From: Bacillota bacterium
GTDB taxonomy: Bacteria > Bacillota > Clostridia > Saccharofermentanales > DTU023
Reading direction: 5' to 3'
Length of the DNA: 64,000 nt
NCBI GenBank assembly: GCA_029570375.1
Contig: JAKPXB010000043.1
Coordinates: 1,225 to 65,224, forward strand
Shown here: positions 49,384 through 59,167 of the stretch, piece by piece
How positions within the stretch are numbered: the stretch's first letter is position 1
Layout: every line of letters begins with the position of its first letter
Made by a program: the position numbers and the translations under genes
Notes under the pieces: model-generated
Database searches by the model: none
Told to the model about the DNA's origin: nothing
What the model saw: only the letters and a program-made list of their open reading frames with translations

Positions 49384-51387
49384 CTAATAGTTCTCCGTAT
49401 GGCGGGAAAGCTCATCCAGCCACAGATCAGGCCGGGCGTCACCCGGCATTCTCCACGCGCTCTGCGGCGTCAGACGCCAGGGGAAAGCGGCGACACCTTC
49501 CGGAGCGGCAGAACGTTTGAACTGGCTACGGAAGAAACGAAGGATAAATCCGCGGAGCCATTGCGCGATAAGCGGGGGACGGTAAATGCCGCCGAAGACC
49601 TCTGCCGCCAGGTCGTATACGGCGGAAGGTTTCTTGTGTCCGAACACCATATGCCAGAGGAAAAAATCGATCAGTTCGTAAGGACCGATGACATCCTCTG
49701 TAATCTGCCGGAGGCTGTCGTCCTCATGGGGAGGCAGCAGCTCAGGGGAAACGGGCCGGCTGAGAATCCGGCGAAGCGCAGAAGCCGCTTCTGCCGCGTC
49801 ACGCGGCGACAAACCCATATCCGCTTTCCCTTCCTCGAGGCGTTCGGCGGCGGTGCCCACCAGATACCGGACGGCGGTTTTGGGGATGGAAGAGTTGACG
49901 GCATACATCGACATCTGATCGCCGTTGTAAGTGCACCAGCCGAGAGCGAGTTCGGATAGATCGCCTGTTCCGACGACAAGACCGTGCCCAAGATTCGCGA
50001 GGTCCATCAGGATCTGCGTCCTTTCCCGCGCCTGTGCGTTTTCGAAAGTCACATCGTGCGCCGTGCCATTGTGCCCGATCGCGCAGAGGTGCCGTGACAC
50101 CGCGTCTTCTATGCTTATTTCGCGGAAGCCGACGTGCGTCGCTTCGCCGAGCTGTCGCGTGAGAGAGCGCGATTGCCGCGATGTCCCCGGCCCCGGCATT
50201 GAGACGGCGAGGATCTCCCTGTGAGAGAAACCGTTTATTCTCGCGGCTTCCATACAGATGAGGAGCGCCAGCGACGAATCCAGGCCGCCTGATAACCCCA
50301 GAACCGGGCGCGCGCCGATCGCGGCGAGTCTCGCCGCCAGCCCTCTGCCCAGAATTTCCATTGTTTCCCGATAGAACGTAACGGCGTCGAGTTCTTTTTT
50401 CATCAGGAAAGGGAAGCGCCTGTTCTCTTCCACGGATTTTTCTTTCAGGTGCAGCGCTTCGCTGCCGGAAAAATCCCATACTGTTGAGCTGCTGCTGAGG
50501 ATATGCCCGATATCCTCCGGCTGGATGACGGCTGTCGTCAGTCCCGTCGAAAAGGCGGGGCTTTCGGCTAGGATGCGGCCATCACAGAGTATGAGGCGGT
50601 GGCCTGCGAACACGCCTTCGCTTGCGGATTCACCTTCACCGGCGCCTGCATACAGAAAAAGCGAATGGCGGCATAGTGAACCACGGATGAGCGCGCTCCT
50701 GAGACGGCGGTAATCACCCGTCCACTCGTGCCTTGCGTCAGCTGCCACCTCGAGAACAGGCCATGCGCTGCCTTGCGGATCAACAGGCGAGATATCCGGA
50801 TATTCTTCATGTCCGTTGAAGCCGCCGATGTTTGCCGGATCGACCGGCGCGAGCTGAATAGCGAGCGCGGGGATAGCCGGGCTGCGATCCATAACAGGGA
50901 ACGGCAGGGTAGATGTCCGGAGGGTATCGCGGCAGCATTGTCCGTGGGGCGAAAGCCATCTGGCCGGTATAACCCCCTCAACGGCACCACGCGCCATCAC
51001 GGCCGTCACCTTCATTAACCCCCGGTCTGAACGCAGGGGAACGGAAAGCAGCACGCGGATCGATGAAGCAGCGGTGGCGCGCGCTATACGTCCGAGACTC
51101 TCCGGACAGGCGCTCAGCAGCGCGTCCTGCCGCAACAGATCGCCGCAGGTGCTGCCCGTCAATGCCATGTCGGAGAAGAGCAGCACATCGACACCGGAAC
51201 CGACAGCCTCGGCAATCAGCGAAACAATCGCTTTTTCATTCGCCGCGATATCTCCCACGCGGATCGCGGGAGTCGCGGCCGCGAGCGTGAGTCCCCGAAA
51301 CGGCCGGTGCAGGTTATGCGCGGGATCTTCCACGATCAGCGGATCGCAGAGAGAGGGGCGGATCTTTAAAGTGCTCTGCATAATCAT
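49384..51387 (-). CDS. nadE: NAD+ synthetase (long form) with an intact synthetase domain and a CN-hydrolase-like N-domain lacking the Glu-Lys-Cys triad
   Basis: The synthetase part carries GLSGGLDSSLALL, GTGDLSELALGWCTY and a C-terminal FKRSAAP. The N-domain aligns by eye to long NadE enzymes but reads FSDM, IPARW and IQLAPVD where FPEL, VPKSY and EICED are expected. Confidence 0.85.
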   Translation of the reverse strand: MIMQSTLKIRPSLCDPLIVEDPAHNLHRPFRGLTLAAATPAIRVGDIAANEKAIVSLIAEAVGSGVDVLLFSDMALTGSTCGDLLRQDALLSACPESLGRIARATAASSIRVLLSVPLRSDRGLMKVTAVMARGAVEGVIPARWLSPHGQCCRDTLRTSTLPFPVMDRSPAIPALAIQLAPVDPANIGGFNGHEEYPDISPVDPQGSAWPVLEVAADARHEWTGDYRRLRSALIRGSLCRHSLFLYAGAGEGESASEGVFAGHRLILCDGRILAESPAFSTGLTTAVIQPEDIGHILSSSSTVWDFSGSEALHLKEKSVEENRRFPFLMKKELDAVTFYRETMEILGRGLAARLAAIGARPVLGLSGGLDSSLALLICMEAARINGFSHREILAVSMPGPGTSRQSRSLTRQLGEATHVGFREISIEDAVSRHLCAIGHNGTAHDVTFENAQARERTQILMDLANLGHGLVVGTGDLSELALGWCTYNGDQMSMYAVNSSIPKTAVRYLVGTAAERLEEGKADMGLSPRDAAEAASALRRILSRPVSPELLPPHEDDSLRQITEDVIGPYELIDFFLWHMVFGHKKPSAVYDLAAEVFGGIYRPPLIAQWLRGFILRFFRSQFKRSAAPEGVAAFPWRLTPQSAWRMPGDARPDLWLDELSRHTENY

Positions 51388-51416
51388 CGTCTGGTCTGGC
51401 GGCTGGGAGGTCGTTT

Positions 51417-53264
51417 TCAGCCGATCGGGAACGGCTCCGTCTCCCTCAGCAGAAAGTCACGTTCGTCCCCTTCGAAGTAGGGCAGAAGTTCTTCACGGAC
51501 AGACGCGTGGTAAGCGTTTAACCATTCGGTTTCTTCTGTTGTGAGCAATTCGGGGAGAATAGCGTCCCGGTCGAACGGAACAAAGGTCAGCGTCTGAAAT
51601 TTCAGGAATATATCGCCGACTTCGTTCAGTTCTTCAGAAACCTCTATCATTCTGATCTCACCGTCATAGGTCGCGAGGATTTTGTTTGAGCGGAGAGCGA
51701 CATAGTCGTTTTCGAGACGGATACCATGCTTGTCCTGGCGGTACACACCCGGCTCGATCGTAATCACGATATTTTCACGGAAGCCGAAATCGCCGTAGTG
51801 CGGGTTGTTTGTCAGGCGCTGAGGGCCTTCGTGGACACCGGACAGATAGCCGATACCATGTCCCGTGCCGCATTTGTAATCCAATCCGCTGCGCCACATC
51901 ACCGAGCGGGCGATGGCATCCAGCGACGTGCCGCATGTGCCGTCAAGGAAAGGAAGTGACGCGAGCGCGATATGCGATTTCAGTGTCAGCGTGTAATCTT
52001 CTTTCTCCTCGCGCGTCAGAGGACCGAGTGAGCAAGTCCTCGTGATATCGGTTGTGCCGTCATTTGTCTGCGCTCCGCAGTCGACAAGGTAGAACCCCCG
52101 CTGCTGAAGCTTGCCGTAGTGTTCCGGTGTCGCCTGGTAATGCATCATCGCGGCATTGGGGCCGTACGCCGAAATTGTCGGGAAGCTCTCCACAATATAG
52201 TCATCAGACGCCTCCCGCAGTTCCCGAAGCTTCTCCGTGACTTCGATTTCATTCAGCCCGCGCGGCGCCGCTTCGTTTTTAATGTAATACAAATATTTTG
52301 TGACGGCGATGCTGTCGCGGATGCCGGCGCGGAACTGGCAGAACAGCTCCGTTTCGTTGAGGACGGCTTTCATAAGGAAAGGATAATCGCGCTTTTTCAG
52401 GATTCTGACATTTTTCGGAACAGTTCTCAGAAGCGCGCGGCTGACGCGCGACGGGTCTGCGGCGAGAACGCCGGCAGGCAGGGCGCGGAGCGCTTCTTCC
52501 ACCTTATCGTAACCGCGCAATTCGATTCCCTGGCTGGTAAAGATGTTCCACATCTTGTCATCCACTTTGTTCTGATCGATGAAAAGAAACGCTTTGTCTG
52601 CCGTGATCAGGGCGAAGGCGAGCGTCATGCAGTGTTTGGGGACATCGCTTCCGCGGAAATTCATGAGCCACGCGATATCGTCCAGGCCGACGTAGAGTGC
52701 ATAGTCCGCCCCGTCGGACTTCATTTTCTCACGGACTTTCCCAATCTTCCCACTCGCCGGGATTCCGGTGTACTCAATCCCGTGTTCGAAAATTTTCCCG
52801 GACGGGAGCGGGGGGCGGTCCTCCCAGATCCCGCTGACGAGATCGAGATCAGTAACAAGTGTTATGCCTTTTGCCGCGAGTTTCTCTTCGAGCGAATTCG
52901 CTGTCGCGTCCGGTACAAGCGTGCCGTCGATCGCCACGCGCGAACCTCGCGCGAGGTTGTCTCTGAGCCATTCATCCGGCTGAGGGACGCCGGGGCTTCC
53001 CTGCTTCATCAGCATAAAAGGCGTTCCCTCGAGGTCGCCGGCTGCCTGAATATGGTAGCGGCCGTCTGTCCAGAGCAGTGCGTCGGAGGCCGTGACAACC
53101 GCCGTGCCGGCAGAACCCTTAAAACCTGTCAGCCATGCCCTCGTCTGAAAGTGAGCCGCGATGTATTCGGAATTATGTGGATCGGCCGTCCCGATGTAAC
53201 AGGCGTCAATCCCGTGTTTTTTCATGTTTGCGCGCAAGCGCTCGAGTTTAATTGCAGTATCCAT
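51417..53264 (-). CDS. pepP: Xaa-Pro aminopeptidase (M24B, creatinase-like N-terminal domains)
   Basis: YLVDCGAQ, HGIGYLSGVHEGPQ, TIEPGVY, 615 aa. Confidence 0.8.
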   Translation of the reverse strand: MDTAIKLERLRANMKKHGIDACYIGTADPHNSEYIAAHFQTRAWLTGFKGSAGTAVVTASDALLWTDGRYHIQAAGDLEGTPFMLMKQGSPGVPQPDEWLRDNLARGSRVAIDGTLVPDATANSLEEKLAAKGITLVTDLDLVSGIWEDRPPLPSGKIFEHGIEYTGIPASGKIGKVREKMKSDGADYALYVGLDDIAWLMNFRGSDVPKHCMTLAFALITADKAFLFIDQNKVDDKMWNIFTSQGIELRGYDKVEEALRALPAGVLAADPSRVSRALLRTVPKNVRILKKRDYPFLMKAVLNETELFCQFRAGIRDSIAVTKYLYYIKNEAAPRGLNEIEVTEKLRELREASDDYIVESFPTISAYGPNAAMMHYQATPEHYGKLQQRGFYLVDCGAQTNDGTTDITRTCSLGPLTREEKEDYTLTLKSHIALASLPFLDGTCGTSLDAIARSVMWRSGLDYKCGTGHGIGYLSGVHEGPQRLTNNPHYGDFGFRENIVITIEPGVYRQDKHGIRLENDYVALRSNKILATYDGEIRMIEVSEELNEVGDIFLKFQTLTFVPFDRDAILPELLTTEETEWLNAYHASVREELLPYFEGDERDFLLRETEPFPIG

Positions 53265-53367
53265 ACCGGTAATCTCCTATCGGCATTATTGTATCATTGT
53301 AAGAGGGTGAAACCGCATGTCCGGACGCGCGAAGCGCATTTATTGATACAGATCGGGAGGATTCAGG

Positions 53368-54105
53368 ATGGCCAGACAGAAAACGGCATTAGTCACGGGA
53401 GGCGCGCGGGGCATTGGGCGCGCGATATCGACAGTGTTAGCGAGAGAAGGCTACCACGTGTTTATCAACTACTTTCATTCAGAGGATGACGCGCGCGTAC
53501 TCGCCGAGATGCTTGAGCGGGACGCCTGTTCGGCGACGCTCCTGCGGGCTGATGTCGCAAGTCCCTCAGATGTCCGAGGTATGGTAGCGGCCGCTCTGCT
53601 CGATTGTGGGAGAATCGATGTTCTCGTCAACAATGCGGGTATCAGCACGTGGGGGCTTTTGACGGAGACATCCGAGGAGACATGGGACAGGGTTCTGAAT
53701 ACGAACCTGAAGTCAAGCTACCTGCTGTCGAAAGCAGTCCTTCCCAATATGATCCGGGCGGGTTCCGGCAGTATTGTCAATGTGTCGTCCATGTGGGGCG
53801 TGATCGGCGCGTCATGCGAAGCAGCTTATTCCGCGAGCAAATCGGGGTTGATTGGTCTGACAAGGGCGCTCGCGCGCGAGGTCGCGCCGGCGGGCGTCCG
53901 CGTGAACGCTGTCTCACCGGGAGTGATCGGAACGAGCATGCTCGACCATTTGACGGAAGAGGAACGCCAGGCGCTGGTCGAGCAGACGCCGCTCAACCGG
54001 ATCGGCACGCCTGAGGAAGTAGCGGAGGCCGTCGCCTTCCTGGCGTCTGACAAAGCGTCTTTTATCACCGGTCAGGTCCTCGGCGTTGACGGCGGTTTTA
54101 TCTGA
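53368..54105 (+). CDS. Short-chain dehydrogenase/reductase (FabG-like)
   Basis: TGGARGIGRAI, NNAG and YSASK motifs. Confidence 0.8.
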   Translation: MARQKTALVTGGARGIGRAISTVLAREGYHVFINYFHSEDDARVLAEMLERDACSATLLRADVASPSDVRGMVAAALLDCGRIDVLVNNAGISTWGLLTETSEETWDRVLNTNLKSSYLLSKAVLPNMIRAGSGSIVNVSSMWGVIGASCEAAYSASKSGLIGLTRALAREVAPAGVRVNAVSPGVIGTSMLDHLTEEERQALVEQTPLNRIGTPEEVAEAVAFLASDKASFITGQVLGVDGGFI

Positions 54106-54106
54106 T

Positions 54107-55063
54107 TTACCGATCTTCACGGAAATACGATTTCCCTAGCCATGCAGGTGCCTGGTTTTCTCTCTTCTTTGAAAGAGTGGTGAGAACGAGGATTACAATA
54201 GTTAACAGATAGGGCAGCATATCAATAATCTGAGAAGTTATGGATATGTCATTATTGCCGATCCTAAAAGAGATGTTCTGGTACTTAATGCTCAGCGCCC
54301 GAAGGAGGCCAAATAAGTACGACCCGAAAATCGCTTTGATCGGATTCCACGTTGAGAAGATAACAAGCGCGACAGCGATCCAACCCATGCCGGCGACAAT
54401 ATTGTCTTGCCATCTCGGTACAAATACGAGCGAAAGAAATGCGCCGCCCAAACCGCACAATAGTCCCCCCAACGCGATATGTATATACTTGTATGATGTC
54501 GTGTTGATACCGCTTGTATCGGCAGCCGCAGGGTTTTCGCCAACCATTCTCATGATTAGTCCGTAATTTGTTTTCTTCAAATAGAAATACAAGCCAAATG
54601 CCAGCCATAAACTTAAATGAAACAGATAACTCTGCGAAAAGAGTACAGTGCCCAGAATCGGAATATTAATAAGGACGGGAATAATCTGTATTCCCATTAT
54701 CCTGATAAAAGAGGGAGACAGCGTGAGACCTGAGAGACTTTCCCCTGAAAAGTTAGCTATACCTGTGCCGAGAATAGTGATAGCGAAACCTGTTACTGTC
54801 TGGTTACCTTTAAAAGTCACGGTAACAAGGGCGTATAAGAGAGATAAAAGGAGCGACGCAACGCCCGCTGTTACGATGGATAGCAGTGGGGAGCTTGTGT
54901 GGTAAGCGACACCAAAACCTGCGCAGGCACCAACCATCATCATCCCCTCGATACCGAGGTTTAAATTACCAACCTTATCATTCAAGATGCCGCCAAGTGT
55001 GGCGAACAGCAGAGGCGTTCCCAATTGAACAGCTAACTGCAGGAATAAAACTAAGTCATTCAT
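54107..55063 (-). CDS. ABC transporter permease (nucleoside/simple-sugar CUT2 type)
   Basis: Polytopic, 318 aa, last gene of the BMP-type importer operon. Confidence 0.7.
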   Translation of the reverse strand: MNDLVLFLQLAVQLGTPLLFATLGGILNDKVGNLNLGIEGMMMVGACAGFGVAYHTSSPLLSIVTAGVASLLLSLLYALVTVTFKGNQTVTGFAITILGTGIANFSGESLSGLTLSPSFIRIMGIQIIPVLINIPILGTVLFSQSYLFHLSLWLAFGLYFYLKKTNYGLIMRMVGENPAAADTSGINTTSYKYIHIALGGLLCGLGGAFLSLVFVPRWQDNIVAGMGWIAVALVIFSTWNPIKAIFGSYLFGLLRALSIKYQNISFRIGNNDISITSQIIDMLPYLLTIVILVLTTLSKKRENQAPAWLGKSYFREDR

Positions 55064-55106
55064 GTACTATCACCATCGTTTCGATTCAGAGCGGTACTGC
55101 ATTAAA

Positions 55107-56192
55107 CTAATAAGAGCAGGTTTTGTGTGATGAACAAATATCGGCTTTTTTTCTGGTTGACACCCTGTATTCTGTGAAGAATTCACTGCTCAAAATGCTC
55201 AGCAAAATCATACCCTGCAATATCTCGGCGATGTCAGATGAGATTCGCATTGAACTTTGGATATATTCTCCGCCTTGGAGCAGTACTGCAAATAAAAAAG
55301 ATCCAACCATCAGCGCAAGAGGGTTAAGCCTCGACATATAGGCGACGATTATAGCCGTATAACCCATCCCACTGGAGATTTGATCATTCATCGTCTTCTC
55401 AATACCAGAGGCTTGGATCATACCGGCAAGACCACAAAGACCACCGCCGATGAGTGCAGCGGAAAAAAGGATTTTGGTTGTTTTCATTCCTGCGTATCGC
55501 GCCGTCTCAAAATTGTCTCCCATGACCGATATTTCGTATCCAAGCTTTGATCGAAAAAGGAGAATATAGATAATAATGACAAAACTGATGGCAATAATCC
55601 AACCGATGTGTATGCCAAATACCTTTGGTAACAGTGCCTCATCCGGATAATTTGCAATTTTGGGGAACCCATACGCCTTTGGATCTTTCCATGCAGAATA
55701 CTGCAAATACGACACCAGTTTGAGAGCAATGTAGTTCATCATCAAAGTAACTAAAGTTTCACTTACACCGTAGAAACGCTTTAGAAAAGCAGGTAAAAGG
55801 CACCAGAGTCCGCCAAAAACGACGGCGAACAACATCATAACAGGGATTGTCATTGCACCGAGACTCGTACCGGATAGTCGTATCAGGTACGTCGCTCCAA
55901 TAACGCCCATACAGAACTGTCCTTCCGCGCCGATGTTCATGAACTGCGCCCGGTAGCAAACGGACAACCCCAATCCCATGATCAAGAGAGGGATCATCTT
56001 GTTAATCGTTTCCTGAATTCTATAGGATGAACCTACGGCACCGAATACCATCTCTCCGTATACTTGCAACGAGTTGTATTTAAGGATTGACAGAATGAAA
56101 CCAGTCAGTAGAAGAGCAAAGAGAATGGAGGCAATTCTAAGAAAAGCCCGCTTTCCAAGTGACATACTCGCACGTCTAACAACTCTTAGCAT
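55107..56192 (-). CDS. ABC transporter permease (nucleoside/simple-sugar CUT2 type)
   Basis: Polytopic, 361 aa (or a start at 56165). Overlaps the ATPase stop. Confidence 0.7.
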   Translation of the reverse strand: MLRVVRRASMSLGKRAFLRIASILFALLLTGFILSILKYNSLQVYGEMVFGAVGSSYRIQETINKMIPLLIMGLGLSVCYRAQFMNIGAEGQFCMGVIGATYLIRLSGTSLGAMTIPVMMLFAVVFGGLWCLLPAFLKRFYGVSETLVTLMMNYIALKLVSYLQYSAWKDPKAYGFPKIANYPDEALLPKVFGIHIGWIIAISFVIIIYILLFRSKLGYEISVMGDNFETARYAGMKTTKILFSAALIGGGLCGLAGMIQASGIEKTMNDQISSGMGYTAIIVAYMSRLNPLALMVGSFLFAVLLQGGEYIQSSMRISSDIAEILQGMILLSILSSEFFTEYRVSTRKKADICSSHKTCSY

Positions 56193-57711
56193 GGTGTTCC
56201 TCCGCTTTTTGACCGAGCATCATCCAGCCAATCTCTTCTTTTGTTCTCGATTTCGCGTCAATAATCCCCATGAGGCGGCCTTCGTGCAAGACACCTATTC
56301 GGTCACACAGGCTGGTGAGCACATCTAAATCTTCGCCAATGAGCAGGATGGCGACACCTCGTTCTTTTTGTTTGTTAAGCTCATTGTATATGAAATGTGA
56401 AGCAGCAATATCAAGGCCTCGGACAGGATAGGCGGCAATAAGCAACGTAGGGTTTTGACTAATCTCACGGCCCAGCAGAACTTTCTGAATATTCCCTCCG
56501 GATAAAGAACGAACCGTTTGTTTTGTGTTCGACGCACTCACTTGGTATTCTTCAATTAGCAATTCAGCCGCCTTTCTACTTGCTCTGTGATCCATGAAGA
56601 AGCTCTTTTGCGCTTGATATGACTTGAGTACGATATTTTCCTCGATTGTTAGTCCGCCCGCGAGACCCATTCCGAGCCGGTCTTCCGGTATAAAGCCTAT
56701 GGATATCCCTTTACCCAGGCGTTCGGAAGGGTTTAGGCTGATGAGTTCTTTTCCTTCAAGTAAAATTCTGCCGGCATCGGCTGTCTGCAAACCAGCGATT
56801 GCTTCGCAGAGTTCTTTTTGACCTGATCCAGCGATACCGGCAATTCCAAAAATCTCATGCGATTTAATGGAGAAGCTGATATTGTCAAGTTTAATTTTCC
56901 CATCCGGCGCTTTTACAGTGAGGTTCTGGATCTCGAGCTTGACCGCTTTCTTGTCTTCGTTGATTTTTCTAAAAGGGATATGGAGATTGACAGCGTGTCC
57001 GACCATCAACTCTGTCAATTGCTCAGGAGTTGTTTCAACCGTGTTGAGTGTGCAGAGACTCTCTCCTTTTCTTAGCACGGTGACGCGATCACTGATATCC
57101 ATCACTTCATTCAATTTATGCGTGATAATAATGATTGAGCAACTCTCGTCGCGCATGTTCCGAAGAGTCTCAAACAAGGTTGTTGTCTCCTGAGGTGTGA
57201 GGACAGCCGTCGGCTCGTCAAGAATCAGTACGGTGGCACCACGGAAAAGAGCTTTCACAATCTCAACCGTTTGTTTTTCGCTGACAGACATTCGGTAAGT
57301 CATTTTTCGCGGATCCAGATTGAAACCGAACCGTGCACACAATGTCTCGATCTTCTGGCAGTTTTTATTTTTTTTAATAAACAGAGATCTGCTGTGACCA
57401 CCAATAATATTTTCTGCTGCTGTGAAAACGTCTACCTGTTTAAAATGCTGGTGTACCATGCCAATGCCGAGGTCAATCGCATCTTTCGGGCAATTGATGT
57501 CGACATACTTTCCATTGATCGTAATCGTTCCGGAATCCTGTGCGTATATGCCTGCGAGTATATTCATCAACGTGCTCTTTCCCGAGCCATTTTCACCGAG
57601 TAAAGCATGTATTTCACCTTTTTTGACGGAGAAGTTAACGCCATGGTTGGCCGTCACTTTGCCAAACGCTTTGCAGATATTCTGCATTACAACATAGTCA
57701 TCAGTTGCCAT
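56176..57711 (-). CDS. ABC transporter ATP-binding protein with duplicated cassettes
   Basis: GENGSGKST and ILILDEP in cassette 1; LSGGNIQK and a degenerate second Walker A in cassette 2. 511 aa, typical of RbsA/NupA-type ATPases. Confidence 0.85.
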   Translation of the reverse strand: MATDDYVVMQNICKAFGKVTANHGVNFSVKKGEIHALLGENGSGKSTLMNILAGIYAQDSGTITINGKYVDINCPKDAIDLGIGMVHQHFKQVDVFTAAENIIGGHSRSLFIKKNKNCQKIETLCARFGFNLDPRKMTYRMSVSEKQTVEIVKALFRGATVLILDEPTAVLTPQETTTLFETLRNMRDESCSIIIITHKLNEVMDISDRVTVLRKGESLCTLNTVETTPEQLTELMVGHAVNLHIPFRKINEDKKAVKLEIQNLTVKAPDGKIKLDNISFSIKSHEIFGIAGIAGSGQKELCEAIAGLQTADAGRILLEGKELISLNPSERLGKGISIGFIPEDRLGMGLAGGLTIEENIVLKSYQAQKSFFMDHRASRKAAELLIEEYQVSASNTKQTVRSLSGGNIQKVLLGREISQNPTLLIAAYPVRGLDIAASHFIYNELNKQKERGVAILLIGEDLDVLTSLCDRIGVLHEGRLMGIIDAKSRTKEEIGWMMLGQKAEEHHAKSC

Positions 57712-57825
57712 TGCATCCCTTCTTCCAAATTATTTCGGCGCTTGTAACCATGGGTTATAAGCAAAAGCGCGTGCGATCGATCTCTCCCTTAAGGCAACGG
57801 GATTGAGTACGATAAACTAATGGTC

Positions 57826-57866
57826 AAAAGAAAAATCTGGTAATAGATTCCAGAATCTATTACCAG
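57826..57866 (-). terminator. Intra-operon hairpin terminator after the binding-protein gene
   Basis: Perfect 13-bp stem CTGGTAATAGATT/AATCTATTACCAG with loop CCAG, followed on the minus strand by ATTTTTCTTTTG. Confidence 0.75.
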
Positions 57867-57884
57867 ACGAAAAGGATACCGAAA

Positions 57885-59054
57885 TTATCCGACTTTGCCA
57901 ATGACTCCTTCAACAAACCAATCCAAGGCGAGAAGCTGTTCATCTGTCAGTGTCTCACCGGATTTTACTTTTACAACGCCCGTGTTATCTTTAAGCTCGC
58001 CTTTCCAAATATCCAGTGATCCATCGATAATGCCCTTTTCCGCAGCATCAACAGCTTCTTTTGTTCCCGGTGCACAATTTTTTGAAATACCTTCCAGTTT
58101 CACGACGTGCTCATCAAGGCCTCTCCATTTAAATCCGCCTGTACTCGACCACGTACCGTCCATAATCTCCTGAATGTCCTGTTTGTAGAAAGTAGCATAG
58201 TCGAAAATGGCTGAAGTCAGGAATGCATTCGGAACCACGGCTTCTCCCCCGGGTGAGGTTCCCCCCGTTGCCCACGCGCCACGTTCAGCCGCAGCCATCT
58301 GCGGGTTCATCGTGTCGCAGTATGCGGCGATGACATCGCATCCTCCGTTGAGCAGCTCTGTGGCAGCTGTCTTTTCTGTCGCCGGATCGTACCAGGAACT
58401 TGTCCATTTCACTTCGACAGTTGCGGTCGGGTTGACCGATCTGGCGCCGAGTGTGTAGGCATTGACTTGTCTTACGCATTCCGGAATGGGGAATGTTGTC
58501 ACAAAGCCAATTTTACCAGTTGCTGTGCGCATGCCGGCGGCAATACCTGCCAGATACTGAGCCTGGTAGATTTTGCCCATATAAGTAGACATGTTGTTCT
58601 TCGTGATATATCCCGTGCAGTGGTTGAAATAAACATCTGGGTATTCGTCCGCAACATTTGCGATATACTCCATATGACCGAAACTGACGGCATAGATGAC
58701 ATTGCAGCCTTGTTGGATGAGATCTCTGGCCGCTTTTTCACATTCGCTTGTCTCGGGAATATTCTCAAGGTAAAGTGTTTTAATGCCCATCTCTTCAAGC
58801 GCCAGACGCCCCAAATTGTGAACGTAAATATAACCCTCGCTTCCGATAGGACTACTGTAAATAAAACCGACTTTGAGTTCGTCTTTTGTAAATGCTTTCA
58901 GACCTGAGACCGTTTTTTTGTCATTTGAATCAGTCTTGGTATCACCTGATTCCGTGTTGCTTGTATTTGATGTTTCTGGTTTCTCCACAGGAGCACAAGC
59001 CATCAGGCTTACCATCAATAAGGTGACCATTACGATAATGAGTATTCTTTTCAT
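57885..59054 (-). CDS. BMP-family (PnrA/Med-like) ABC substrate-binding lipoprotein
   Basis: Lipoprotein signal MKRILIIVMVTLLMVSLMAC, a Ser/Thr/Asp-rich tether, then a BMP-like periplasmic binding fold (VGFIYSS...GF..). Confidence 0.75.
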   Translation of the reverse strand: MKRILIIVMVTLLMVSLMACAPVEKPETSNTSNTESGDTKTDSNDKKTVSGLKAFTKDELKVGFIYSSPIGSEGYIYVHNLGRLALEEMGIKTLYLENIPETSECEKAARDLIQQGCNVIYAVSFGHMEYIANVADEYPDVYFNHCTGYITKNNMSTYMGKIYQAQYLAGIAAGMRTATGKIGFVTTFPIPECVRQVNAYTLGARSVNPTATVEVKWTSSWYDPATEKTAATELLNGGCDVIAAYCDTMNPQMAAAERGAWATGGTSPGGEAVVPNAFLTSAIFDYATFYKQDIQEIMDGTWSSTGGFKWRGLDEHVVKLEGISKNCAPGTKEAVDAAEKGIIDGSLDIWKGELKDNTGVVKVKSGETLTDEQLLALDWFVEGVIGKVG

Positions 59055-59167
59055 TTTTACCTCCCTTTCGGATATCCCATTTTATTTATTCCCACGTCCC
59101 TTTCATCGGCGCGGGAGAGGGTTGAGTTATTCTCCGTCGTTAAATCTGATGAAAATGACATGATTTC

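Noticed and set aside
52119-53489. 456-aa plus-strand ORF
   Set aside because: It is antisense to the well-supported M24 aminopeptidase gene and runs into the SDR gene in another frame. It has no recognisable motifs.
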